The translations under genes and the position numbers were made by a program. The notes below the pieces were generated by a model. It ran no database searches. It saw only the letters and a list, made by a program, of their open reading frames with translations, and was not told where the DNA came from. 64,000 bases of DNA from Botryllus schlosseri (taxonomy: Eukaryota): assembly GCA_051294905.1 (NCBI GenBank), contig CM119381.1, positions 9,858,001 to 9,922,000 of the forward strand, in the 5' to 3' direction. Below, piece after piece: positions 12,265 to 25,100 of the stretch. Position 1 is the stretch's first letter. Every line of letters begins with the position of its first letter.

Positions 12265-13457
12265 CTGTATTTTGCAAAACTGTTTGAACAGAAATGCGAA
12301 ATGCAAAGCTCCCATTCGTCTTGTTGATAGGTGGGAGCACCAGCGTATACAGCTTTAATTGTACGGCGAATTCCCCTCTACGTATACTGACTGTATCGAA
12401 GTGGTTGTTCGTAACTTACGAAATTGAAGATTTGAGATATAATGTGGATTTACAAGCCAGGGTAGGATTTTAGTTAACATGCAATATGGGGGACGGGCCG
12501 ACGGGAGATGTATATACCGGTCTGGGATATGGTTGAATGATGTCCAAGATGAATGGTCATAGCTTTTTAGAATCTTCGTAAATGACTACTGGGATGGAAA
12601 TCCATGCATTATAATTTCGTAAGAGTATGGAGCATATGATAAAGAATAAAGATGTTCATATTGTTCATGCATAATGCAAGATGAATTGAACAACTATCAT
12701 CTCTCCATGACTCCATTCAACGCCAATCAATGATGTCAGTGTCAGGTTGATGTTATCTGTCGCATGTCCATATAGACTTGTAATGTAATAGTCACTATAT
12801 AGCCTATTGTCGCTGAAGAAATTCCTTTGTCAATGTTGTAGGCAGCGCAGTAGCTGGCTCTGGCCTCTGGCTGTACTACTGCTGACTGCATATACAATCA
12901 GACGAGTCAGTAGTGCAAGTCCGCTTTCAAAGCGTACTACTGTGGGTATTTTTTCATATTTCAATCTCCATATAGAGTTTGTTGTCCCCAATTTAACTTA
13001 TGAAATGAACTTTGCGCTTGACTGGCTAATTGTAGGATTACCAAATGCTGAAATTAAAGTTGTGAGTGAAGCAGTAGCAACATAAGTTTGAGAGAAGCAA
13101 ATGCAATATTTTTTGACCAATGAAAAGGCCACTTGGTCTTTCAGTTTCAGAGAGTTTTCAACTCAGTAAAAACAACACGGCTTGTGTGCACTTGATGGTG
13201 TTGCGTAGGCTACTTTCCGGCCAAATCACTTTCGGAAGCTGAGGTGTCAATTGCACACATCTTAGCCTATTTCTTTTAAACCTCTGTTAGTACAGTCTTG
13301 AAGCTAGCAACACTACTTTTATAGGCTATATAGTGTCATAACTAACTAGGCTACTTTACTTCCAATTATAAAAAAATTAACTGCTTCACTCATTTCTATT
13401 TAAACATTTCAGAAATTTTCCTGTGGTATTTAGTAACTCTAAGATAGGAAATTCGTA

Positions 13458-14585
13458 ATGCCACAAACTTCTCTTCGGGAAGAAAGGTTGTTCTTCTCAG
13501 TCATCAACAACAAACCGCTGCAAATCTTATTGTTTCTGCTCACCCTCTCTTCTGTCGCAATGTTCTATATGTTCGTTGGATCGAACGAAAGCTTCCTCAC
13601 CGAAACTGACGCGCTAAGAGAGAAGGATCGTGTTGTGAAGGAGAAAAGAGCAGACACCGCTTACGTTGACCAGGCAATGAAACACGCCGACGAATTTAAC
13701 AACGACTATCACATTCTCTTCATGTTCACAAAAGTCTCGCAGAATCCAAGTTTGCATAAAAAATTGAAGACCGTACTTGACTCTATGTTTGAAAACGCAA
13801 AGTTTGAACCGCAGGAAATTCTACATCTACATTTCGTTACCGATGACGCAGGTAAAGCTCTGATCGAAGATGAGTTACTTCATCACGAGCAGCACCCAGA
13901 CGTTCATCTACAAAGTCACATTCACGTCGCAGACGATTTAGCCACCAAAGTCCACCCAATCGTGGAATCTATGCAGAAACATTTCGGCAACCACAATTAC
14001 TTTCAAGACGCCATATTTTTCCTTTCCATCGCCATGCATCGTATCATGCCTCGAAATATTCATAGGATGGTGCAGTTGGACTTGGATCTTAGAATCGATG
14101 GGAATATCCGCGATCTGTGGGATGAATTCAATTATTTCAAACACACCACCCTGTTCGGCCTGGCGCGAGAGAACCAACCCGTATACCGGCACTTGTTCTG
14201 GAAACATCGCAAAGAGAATCCGGGCACCAAAGTCGGATCGCCGCCACCAGATGGATTAACTGGATTTAATTCTGGAGTCGTGCTGCTAGACTTAGATAGA
14301 ATTCGCGGATCGGAATTTTACAATGACTTTTTGGACAGTGGCAAAATTGAGTCGCTCGTAAATAAATATCACTTCAAAGGTCACCTCGGGGATCAAGATT
14401 TCTTCACGCTGATGAGTATGGACTATCCAAATCTCTTCTATAATCTCGACTGTGTGTGGAACCGTCAGCTATGTCAATGGTGGAAGGGACGAGGCTATGA
14501 AGATATATTTGACAGATATTTTACTTGCAATGGAGATGTCAAGATATGGCATGGGAATTGCAATACACCGTTTCCTGAAGAATAG
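13458..14585 (+). CDS. XXYLT1: Xyloside xylosyltransferase 1 (GT8, type II membrane); intronless CDS
   Basis: 375-aa ORF with N-terminal TM segment (ILLFLLTLSSVAMFYMFVG), DxD in QLDLDL, GFNSGV, HLGDQDFF, WNRQLC, KIWHGNC. Confidence 0.92.
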   Translation: MPQTSLREERLFFSVINNKPLQILLFLLTLSSVAMFYMFVGSNESFLTETDALREKDRVVKEKRADTAYVDQAMKHADEFNNDYHILFMFTKVSQNPSLHKKLKTVLDSMFENAKFEPQEILHLHFVTDDAGKALIEDELLHHEQHPDVHLQSHIHVADDLATKVHPIVESMQKHFGNHNYFQDAIFFLSIAMHRIMPRNIHRMVQLDLDLRIDGNIRDLWDEFNYFKHTTLFGLARENQPVYRHLFWKHRKENPGTKVGSPPPDGLTGFNSGVVLLDLDRIRGSEFYNDFLDSGKIESLVNKYHFKGHLGDQDFFTLMSMDYPNLFYNLDCVWNRQLCQWWKGRGYEDIFDRYFTCNGDVKIWHGNCNTPFPEE

Positions 14586-16152
14586 ACGTCCCTCACATTG
14601 TATACCCTCGTCAACCAGAGGTAGTCGGTAACAGGGTGCTGCTAAGTGCTACATGACAGTTTTTTTCAGCAAAATTACTATTTGAAATCCACTGAGCACT
14701 CTCTCAAACCTTAGTTATTTACTTCACTTAATGTAGATTTGACGTGTCCTGGAAATCGTCGCTTCTGCTTGTAATTGAGAACGATTTTATGACTTTACAA
14801 CTGTTTTCACTTGATTACCAATGCCCACTAACTTTGTCCGGCTCTGTTGTCAACCAATTCTGTACTTTAGAGTTTTGTGAACCTTGAAGGTGTTGTTGCA
14901 ATAGTAGGCTATAAAGCAAAATTTTCAAGTCTTACCTTCAACTTCATTGCAGATCAAAACATTGTTTGAATCTATAAATTGGTCGAATATTGGTGTGTAG
15001 TTTGTGCAATTATCCCACTGCTGCATTGTTTGATTTTGATTGTTCATGATCATATGAGTCTGCTCGCTCACATTTTACCTCACTTGAGACAGACTTTTAG
15101 AGGTCCAAATGTATTCTGCTTCCTGATATCTGCTGCCTTTTTTACCTGTAGCCTACTGTTGCCACCCTATTGCTATATCCAATGTTGTATTGTTTTATAT
15201 GTAGTCGACCAACTTTTTTTTTTATGTTATCATTCTGTAGATTTGATGGAATATTTCTTTCGTAGCAAATTAGGTTTCTGATGTTGGACAAATTGCTAAT
15301 ATAACAGACTATAAATGAGTCTGCTATGTTTGTTGGGAGATGATTTAGATGCGAATTCTGTTATATATTCACCAAATCTATATTCACCAAATCTATTTCT
15401 GATTGTGTTTACACGTTCTTTGCGACATAGTTATAAGACTATCTCCTCATAAAATTTTATCTTTTTGAAATATTGCAAATGGTTTACTTGTAGTGTTTCC
15501 AATGATTACCGGAGAAATTGGCCTTGAATTTGACACTTGTAGAGTCTTGTTATTTGTACATTTGGTACTCGTAAATCTGCATTGAAGTTTTTGTTGTAGT
15601 ATGGTAATCAAGCATATCTTGCTGAAATTGATGAAAGTGAATAAGTGAAGTTAAAGTCTAGGTGCTTTTTTGACAGCCTTGAACATCACTGTTTCTTAAT
15701 CACTGCCTGTTCAACACTACAATTGGCTTCCATTTTCACTGGGAGCCTACCATTTTATGATAACAGTTTTACCAAGACCAATTTTTTGGGGGTCAAATTT
15801 ACAAAGTGCCAAACTCATCGTGCCACATTCACTGTAGGTTTATAGCGTAGACTTATTTAAATGTCCTTCAAAGTATTTACAAGTGTTACAGGAATAAACG
15901 ATAATGGGTATTATCAAAATGTGCTAATATAGAAAATGAAATGCCTTGTCAACTTGTTGCACAATTCTACTAGTCCTATTATACCAGTAGGCCTACACAT
16001 TTTCTGCAATTTTATTATCACTTCTCAATCAACGCCACCACATTCATATTGTAACAATACCATCAGATTTCAATCCCAATATCTCTATTCTATCACTGAA
16101 AATGAAGCTAACCGTTTCTACTATTTTTCAAATATATTAGAAATATGATAAG

Positions 16153-19100
16153 ATGGATAGCAATGATAATGATGAAGAAGTCTACATCGAACGCTTGCGC
16201 GCATTGTTCAATGAACTTGATCCTTCAAGCAAGGGTGGGCTCAATAAGAAGGAGCTGAAGATATTGAGCAAAAAGTAATTTCATATTACCATGTGGCAAG
16301 TTGCTGCTAAAATATATGACTGTTGTTTTGTAGACTTCGTTTATTTCATTTCAATTTTTGTGCATGGTCGCTGTTATTTTGTCAATGAGAGAGTGATTAT
16401 TTATTTGATGTTCAAGATCACATTTCGAGAAGTAGCCTATCATCTAATGAAAATGTAAACAGCTTGCCGAATGCATTTTGGGCCCTAGACTAGTCCCCTA
16501 CTACTGGTAATTGTAGTCTTGATTTAAATGTTGTATATTTGCGTAGTAACACTGAAGCAATGCTTTTTATGTCAATGCTCTTGATAGACTGTATCACTTC
16601 ATCTGCTTTTCCATTATTGAAGCAAGCCCGAGCGTGAACGCTGTTAATGAATGACCAGGCCGGTCACAACTTTTAGAGAAATCATGACGTCTCATTTCAG
16701 ACTTTCATTGGGCGACAGGCAATCGGATCTTTTGATCGAGCTGTCGTTTCCTGCGGACGAAAAGTCTTTGGACTACAGCGAGAACAGGGATTCCGACGGC
16801 TTCGTAAATTTTAGCAAGTTTCAAGAAAGCTTTGTGGCTGTGCTGTCTGCTACTGCTGCCCAGCCGTCGTGTCTGTCAGATACAGACGACGGAGGGAATG
16901 ACGTTGTGACAGATTCGTATGTGGAGCCGGGTATGTTTCTTTTGGTATCAGGCAATTTGAGACAAGCTACTGCCAGCGATATGAAATGTAACCTATGTTT
17001 GTTGTGATGTTGAGATACGTCAGTAGTGACATTACATTCTTCAAGTAGATGGGCTATGCTATTCTAGTTGTACTAATGTCTTGAATAGGGATAAATGGTG
17101 ATGAACTGTTGAGATGGTGCAGTTTTACAGAAATTACAGCGTAGGGTATCTCTCTAACGGTAGGACATTGGTGTGAACTCAAGCTGGGTCAGACATTGGA
17201 CCATTAAAAAAAGGGATCTTGGGCTATGTACACTGCGCTTATATGGAGAGGGTGTAATGGTGGTGCTGACTTTATAACGGCTCATTTGGATCTTGAAAAC
17301 TGCCTTTCTGAGTTCTAATGGCGCATTGAGCTTTATGCTCGAATATACTGAAAATTCACAGTTATCTACAGTGGATGTATTAACAAAAGATGCAGAACAT
17401 CAGCTATCAACATCTTCTGACATTACAAAATACTGTAAGGTGAAATTCAAAGCCGTTTTTGTAGAATTGTGATTCTGCAATTGTGGATCACATGCATAAT
17501 AGTCGGGAAATAAGATCGATTACTGTAATTGATGCCACCAATTCAGTTACAGTCATCTATGCAATCATATAAGTATTCTCATCTTGCAATGTTCACAGAC
17601 ATCAAACCCAGAGTAGTACACAAGGGTAAGGCATACGGCCGTCGATCGCAGCCGGACTTATTCGATGTTGAAATGATGACTGACCATAACCGCACAAATA
17701 TGACGGAGAAAAGGTACTATGTTGAAGAGTTGTATTATTTGATCGTGTTCCATTTCTGCCTCTCATTTTTGTCCCTCAGTGACCATGCAGATGCAAGTGA
17801 CGACGAGACAAATGCGTCATTTGGACAAGACTTTGATGAGTTACCAATCAGAGGTCAAGGTGACGGTCTGTATTTCGAAGCACATGGGCTTCTTAGGAAT
17901 CCACTACTGGATCGGTTGAGGCCAAAGTCTGCGTCTACATCTTTAAACGAAAGCCAGGTATGCGATCTCTATTGCAGAAGTGGTCGATGATGAAGTATTT
18001 GAATATATCACGTTTATAAACGAAATCGATAAAACCTGGTTGCATTATCATAACTGAATTTGCTTTTAAATCACGTCCCTCTGGAAGTTTTCGTAGACAG
18101 TGATCAATTGTATAGCATATTCATATTTAAATGAACCTGAATATTTTCGGCTGACACTCGTCAGGGGTAGTCGGCAAAAGCTAGTAGAGAATTGGAAAGA
18201 ACATTGAATATCAACAATCGTATCACAAAATATGACACCACCACTCACCAGCGTGGAATTTCGAATAAGAGAGCGTTTAATGTAGTGTTTTTAGATGGTA
18301 TACAAACTATTTTTGTTGACACATCCTTGTCTGGTGTATTTTGATAAAATTCAACACCAAGGCCCACAAATGAAAGTGTGAAAGGCCCCTCTCAACGACA
18401 CGAAATTTGTCGTCACAATAATTTCTCGCACAAACGGGATTTTATCCAACAGATGTTTGCCAATGGCAGAATTTATGGCCTTTGATTGCTCAGCATCAAG
18501 TTTCAGGGGATGAGTAAAGAGTGAATAAATCTAGTGACACTTATTTTCGTACACTACATTACTTTGTTGAAGTGCATGGAGCACGTCTTTACATGTTTCA
18601 GGGAGCAGTAGCGTTGTTGTAAAAATCATGTTAGTGTTCACTGTGTCGTAACACCTACTGACAACAGAAATGAATTGCTTTTCAAAGCGAGTGGAGGTAG
18701 GACAAATCCAAGGTAGATGACATCTTTGGTCAGTAAGTGTTACGACATGTCTTAGAAATTGCTACTTCTACTGTCCCCCCACCTGAGTAGACTCAGTGAA
18801 CTGCTTGTTTTACTACCGCTGAGTGCAGGTAAACACCTAATTTAGGACGGTGGTACTTGCCGTACTTTGACTTCTGAAGGTGATGTGCCCTAAAGTTTGC
18901 TATTCACACTTCTCTCAAGATCAACGTCTCGTCCACTTCAATAGTAATGCAGCAGCATCATCTTTTCACCGAGCTGGATAAAGACGATATCGGTTTCATC
19001 CATTACAACGACCTCGTGGAGATGTGGGTCTCTGAAGGAGTGCCTGACCCTAAGCATGTATTACAGGTAGGAGAATGGATGATTAAAATACTGTCAAATG

Positions 19101-22100
19101 TGTGTGCTTTTGAAATTGTACGTCCGCGTCCGGTTATTTGATATTGTCTTCTAGGCACTGATATAAAAGTCGATATATCCTTTCGGGTGGATATTTGTGT
19201 GGAATTTGCAAAGGTATTTTGTAGTGGTGTGAAATCCGTATGATCCCACACAGATCATATTTTCAGTTCCATACAACTGTGCTAGATGAACCTTCTAGCG
19301 CTTTACTGCTTGCTAACTAGACTCTGGAATGAACCAAAGTCTTGGTATCTGATGGTAGTGAGCTGGATACCCGCAATTGCCAATTTATTTGCTGATTCTG
19401 TATTGTCTTGTGGCAAACAGACTGCTGGTACTGATTTATGTCCTTTTGTACGCAAATTATCCTCCAGGTTGGATTTGAAACCCGCTTTGAGCAAATTTCC
19501 ACTGATTTTAGCTGGACAATATGGATACTTTGCATCCCGTCATCCTTGCAAAATCAGCCTGGTCATTGTAAAATCCAAGCTTGAGCAATGAGCATGCCCT
19601 GAATTTCCTTGATTTGCTGCCATCACCATTGGTGTACTTTTTCAAGTAACTTGTAACGGGCTCTACTTCTATCACTTGCTGCTCATTTCACCGACATTCT
19701 GCTATCGTAACATGCTATTGGGCTTGCATTGACTCATTTCTGAGGAGGTATCGCTGACATGAATGATTGTTTATGATACAGAACTTGAAGGCTCATTTTG
19801 GGATTGGTTTTTGGTTAATTTTACAGTTATTGGACGTACCTGTGGATCGAGATGTGCAAATTAACGCTTACGACTTGACGAGGTCACTGCAAAAAGAGTT
19901 GGATTCTCTCAGGAGCTCTACCGTTGACACAGTGACGCAGGCTGTTCTCGCTACGTACAAGCATCATATAACTCACATGAAGTAAGCGGAACCTTTGATT
20001 TAATATTATGGAAGGCTAATCAGATACACACTAAACAGAGAAAAAGCTTCACCTCGTTAGCAGAAGGAAATCCGGTGTGAACCAGGCTTAAGGATTGAAA
20101 GATCAACGTATATGTTATCTACCTCATGCAGTCCCCATATTTTTCTAAGCGATTTTGGATAGTTATCAGGGGTACTTCACTGGCACGATGGGGTTGTATT
20201 CATGGATTTACTTATGAACTCGGGCCCTACCATTTACAGCGTGCGGAAGCATAGTCTGAGATTTTATATAAGCCAATATCAGGCTAATGACTGAACGTAG
20301 ACCGCACTCAATCCAGCCAAGTTTTTGTGGCCGCTGATTCGTCTCTGAATATTTTGTCATCGAGAAATTTAACGCATGCCGTGCATATAAACGCTTACTA
20401 TACATCGAGTTGTCATCTCACTTTCATTATAAATCCAGCTTGAGATCGATGGAATTTAGTGGGGATTCGGGAAATCCTGTAATAACTCCTGTGTATGACA
20501 GATTTCTATGTTGTGATGAAGGTTTGAAGTTCTTGTAGCCCTACCCCTATCTACTAATAGTTAAATTTTTCAAGTGTTCCGAAGACTCTGTGATTTCTAG
20601 TCAATCACAAAGCTAAAAACACCAAGAAAGATATTCATATGGCGCCTATTTCTAAGAATTGTGATAGCAAACACCTTGAAATTCGCAACACATCTGAATT
20701 AGGTTTACGTCCATAACTATTGAAGGTTATCCTTATCTCCACTCCAATGTACGCCTCTCTGACAAACCTCAACTTTTAATGAAGTCGCCATTCTCATTTC
20801 TGTCTCTGTGTCACGCTCTGATGACAGTGCCTACGTCAAGTGCCACCGAATCTGTTTCGAGTGTGCTTGGCCGCTCTTTACAATGCAACATAAAAATTAA
20901 AGCCCAACCGAGTTGGTTTACGGATCGTCCGGTGGCGTCCTACGTTGAACACTATGCCGACACCTGTTCTCTCTTTGCAAATGGCAGCGAGCAGATCGAG
21001 CAGCACCAGGCGTTGCTTGGGAAAATGAGAGATGATCTGGAGCAGACTGAGCTGAGAAATTCAAGGCTGATCGACGAGGCTGATGACAGGTAGGTTGTCT
21101 TTTAGTTTGTGTATTTGATCAGGATGCTACCATTTTATTCCTGTTCGGGATGACAGCGTTTAGATGTACTCATTTGTGTCATCTAAAACTAGATTCATGT
21201 ATGACCAGTCAGGTACACAGCTCACCAGCCGTATCATCATTCATCACTTGGAGTTGTGCAAAGTTTGGTTATGTTTCGATTACTGCCATTGATTTATTGA
21301 AGGCCGGTATAAATCTGATTTCGTGTAGCTATCATTTACACTAGCACTATTTTATCTGGATATCAATACAGCCTCGAATGAGTTTGTTCTATGAAGCGTG
21401 GTATGCTAGATACTTTAAATAGCTGTAATTTGATAATAATTATAGTTCTAATCGTGAACTTTCATCAATTTACTAGCCTATGCTCTGTCTGCTAGTGGGG
21501 TTTTATTTACTGTGTTATTTGTGATTCACCCCGATAGTCTATTTAGGTCCTCTAAAAATGCAAAATATGATGGGACCATGGAAATCAGACTCCTGAATTC
21601 TAATCATAATTTCTCTCCCTTTCAATCAAAGAATAGAACCAGTCAATATGACAGATATCTGGTTCAAAGAGTAGGCATACGTCTGCTAATGAAATTTGCG
21701 TGTTTCAGAACCCCTTTCGTCTATTTGGGCTCTTTTCCGGCAAAAGCCCTGTTGAAACAGATTTCGTGATCCCATGTGCAAGTTGTATAAAAATTAGTAA
21801 TTGCTCAACCCTTACCGAGCCTTCAGCTTGTCACAGTAGTTGAGTAGCATAGAATTTATTTTATGATTTCCGATTCAGGTATTTACGCATCGATAAAAGC
21901 AAGGAGAAACTATTGTTCGACACGGAACAGGTCTGGAACCGGAAGTTTCGCGAAGCAAGAGAGAAGTTTGACAAGGAGAAGGAAGTTCTTCACGATCAGG
22001 CCATGTTGGAGAGAGACGCTCTCCAGCAAGAGATCGGTAAGTTGATATTCAGAGAAATCTTCGAGCCCCTAATCTTGGTCCACGCTCCTCGGATGTCCCT

Positions 22101-25100
22101 ACCTGTGCCGACTCTTGACACAGTTGCAATATTTTTATCAATTTCGAATTTTTGTGTATTTGATTTTATCCGAACAAACAATGCAAATCCACCAACCACG
22201 CTTGTGTCAGCTGAAGGAATTTTTGTAGAAGCTGAACCGGTGATTATGATTTGACCAAATTTTATGTTATATTTGTTTTTATGATGGCATAATCAGTTGT
22301 ATACGATGTGATTGCGCCCTAATTTTCAAAATTCCTCATTTGCTAGCAATTGTCTCTAAAGATTGTCAGCTTGTGAAGTAAAGCATGAAATTGTAAGAGA
22401 AAGAGCTATTTTTTTCATCTAATCCAGTGGTTCCCAACGTGGGCGATATCGCCCCCCCAGGGGCGATTTGGCGGTCTAGGGGGGCGAAAATGACGAAGGG
22501 GGCGACAGGGGGTCAAAAATGGACAAAGGGGGCGGCGGGGGGCGAAAATAGCAAAGGAGGCGATAGGGGGGGCGATGACGCGTCAAAACGGCTGACCTTT
22601 TTTTTTTTTTTTTTTCAGTCAACCCACGAAAATTTAGTTACAATAGTGTGTCAAATTAGACATCGAGCCGAAGTTTTGACCTTTATTTATTTTTTTTTAG
22701 TCAACCCGCCGGTGATTACTAGGGCCATTTTTATATGACCTTAAAAAATCAATTATATGACTTTATTTATTGGAAAATATGACTTTATATGACTTTATGT
22801 GAAAATCGTGTACTTTTACATGTAACCAACTCATGCAACTGACGAGTAAAACATACACAACATAACAGTTGAGCTGAGCTGAGGAGCGGGTCGTTCTTGC
22901 TTCAATCCATTTCTTATGCTGAGTATTGCAAGATGCTGTTCACCAAAAAAAAAACGTTTCTCATGCTTCACAATGCAACTGCGTACTTGACAGGACACTT
23001 TCTCTGTAGGGGAGATTTTGAAGTCCTAAAATTCATTTACAATGGCTTTGACTTTCGCTGCAGTAGATTCTCTCACATTTGGCATGCTGAACCAGATATT
23101 CTCTCTGTTTCTAAGTATCTTATGAATAAACTTGAAGTGAACTGTAGATATTCAACTGTCATATTCTTCAGTTTGCTACTAGTTGTAATGTATTTGTACA
23201 TAAGTAGACCAAGACTGGGCTTTTTAGCTTGCCTGCCCACTGACTGAACTTCAAATGACGTCCCACTTCAGTGCACAGAAGTAAAATAAATTTTGAAGCA
23301 ACATGATGCAATATCTGACCACACAATGCAATGTGTGACCTCATAGGTCTGTGACTGTAATGTTATGTAGGCTAACCTTATAGTTTGCCTTACTTACTTA
23401 GTGCTTAATCGCTTCACCGCTTAAATTGGCACTTATTATTTAAAGTACATACAACAATATGACTTTATAACTAAAATATGACTTAACCAAGAGAATATGA
23501 CTTTATATGACTTTATAACTTTCTAAATATACCCCATAGGGTTGCGGATTTTACGTTAAAATTGATTGCACGACTTACTGATGCATAGAAAAAAATATGA
23601 CTTAAATGACTTTAAATGGCCCTAGTGATTACAGTTTGTATGCCCAATTTTCGGCACACAAAATTTGGGGGGGCGATGACCAGTGTTGACCTTGAAAAGG
23701 GGGCGATGGGTCGAAAAAGGTTGGGAACCACTGATCTAATCGAAATACTAAACATACGGACAGCATGATTAATATTGAATAGAATATTCTCATATCGCTG
23801 CGGAATCAGTAACTTAAGTCCATTGAACACATTTTGAAAAAATCAATTTTTGTAATGTATTCATTTTCTTTCAAACATTTCATGGCCCTGGTTATGTTTG
23901 CCACATTTTTCTGAACTAAACCAAGGCCAAGATACATCCCAAAAAATGAAGACTTGTCTTGATTGATGCAAAATGTTTTGAATGAACACAAGCTATTCTG
24001 ATGCCACAGCGACAATATATGCTTATATCCTCACTATTATCAACAATATCAATTATTATATTTTACTCTAAATATATTATCTAAATGTGTTTTGGAACAA
24101 TATCAATCGAAACAAAAAGAGGTCAGACTTAACAATTCTACTTGTCCGTCTCTTTTGGATTGAAAATGCCTTCTGGCCAGACTAGCAATCTTCAGCTGAA
24201 TTAAATCCATGGAAAGTGAGCGATTTATTAAATCGCGGATATTTTTCTACGCAGAACGGCTCGTCATCCGGGAAGGAAGCCTGCGGAGTACGATCGAAGC
24301 TCTACAGCTCGACAATGACGCGCTCGGACGGGAAACCAAGGATCTGGTGAAAAAACTTCAGGAATCTGAAAGCAACTCGGCGCGGCTGCAATGTGATTTG
24401 GAGGACCTCATCCGAGAGAAGGTGTGGTAATGCAAAATTATTAATGACACCACAAATAGCTGTGATCTTCGGGACATATTTTCATTTACTTGATACAGGG
24501 TGTATTTGACGTTGCTCTTATGACAATTTCACTCATGAAAAGCGATGCAGACTCGTCGGAAAACTAGTTTCTCTTTTTCAAAATCAAATCAGTTGTCCTG
24601 ATGCGTATTTGAACCTTTCCCACAGGCTAACATGTCGACGGATTCCTTGAACGTGTCGCAGGAGGAACGATTCTCTGTGATCATCAAAGATTACGAAGCC
24701 CAGTGCACGGTTAGTAATTGCAAAGCTTTCCAATCCAGATTTTGTGTAGTTTACATGTCCTAGCATGGTAGCTATCGAGACCGTCATATCAAATTACCCG
24801 CTGTCAAGATAATTGTTTTCAGTTGTTACTTGGTATGATAACGATTCAATGTCACCCTTCCAGGCTCTGACAGACAGAAACGACGAATTGGTGGCGGAAA
24901 TCGAAAAACTGCGGTCGGAGTTCCTCCATTCGTTCAATAATAAATCCCGAGACGACAAACCCAATTCGAGGAAGCGGGCGCGGCGACGCAATTCGCGGGA
25001 GTACATCAAAAAGTCGGAACAGCAATCTACGGATGGCAGTGACACGGAAAGTGAGGCTCGATTGGGGAGTGTGGACGGGGTGCTAGCAATAGCAACCGTC

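Noticed and set aside
12380-12780. Possible decayed LINE endonuclease on the minus strand (DNINL, PHI-like words)
   Set aside because: Motif spacing is wrong, several stops; similarity too weak to support.
19300-19640. Minus-strand peptide LGFYNDQADFARMTG resembling a serpin motif
   Set aside because: Isolated short match with no reactive-centre hinge or splice context.
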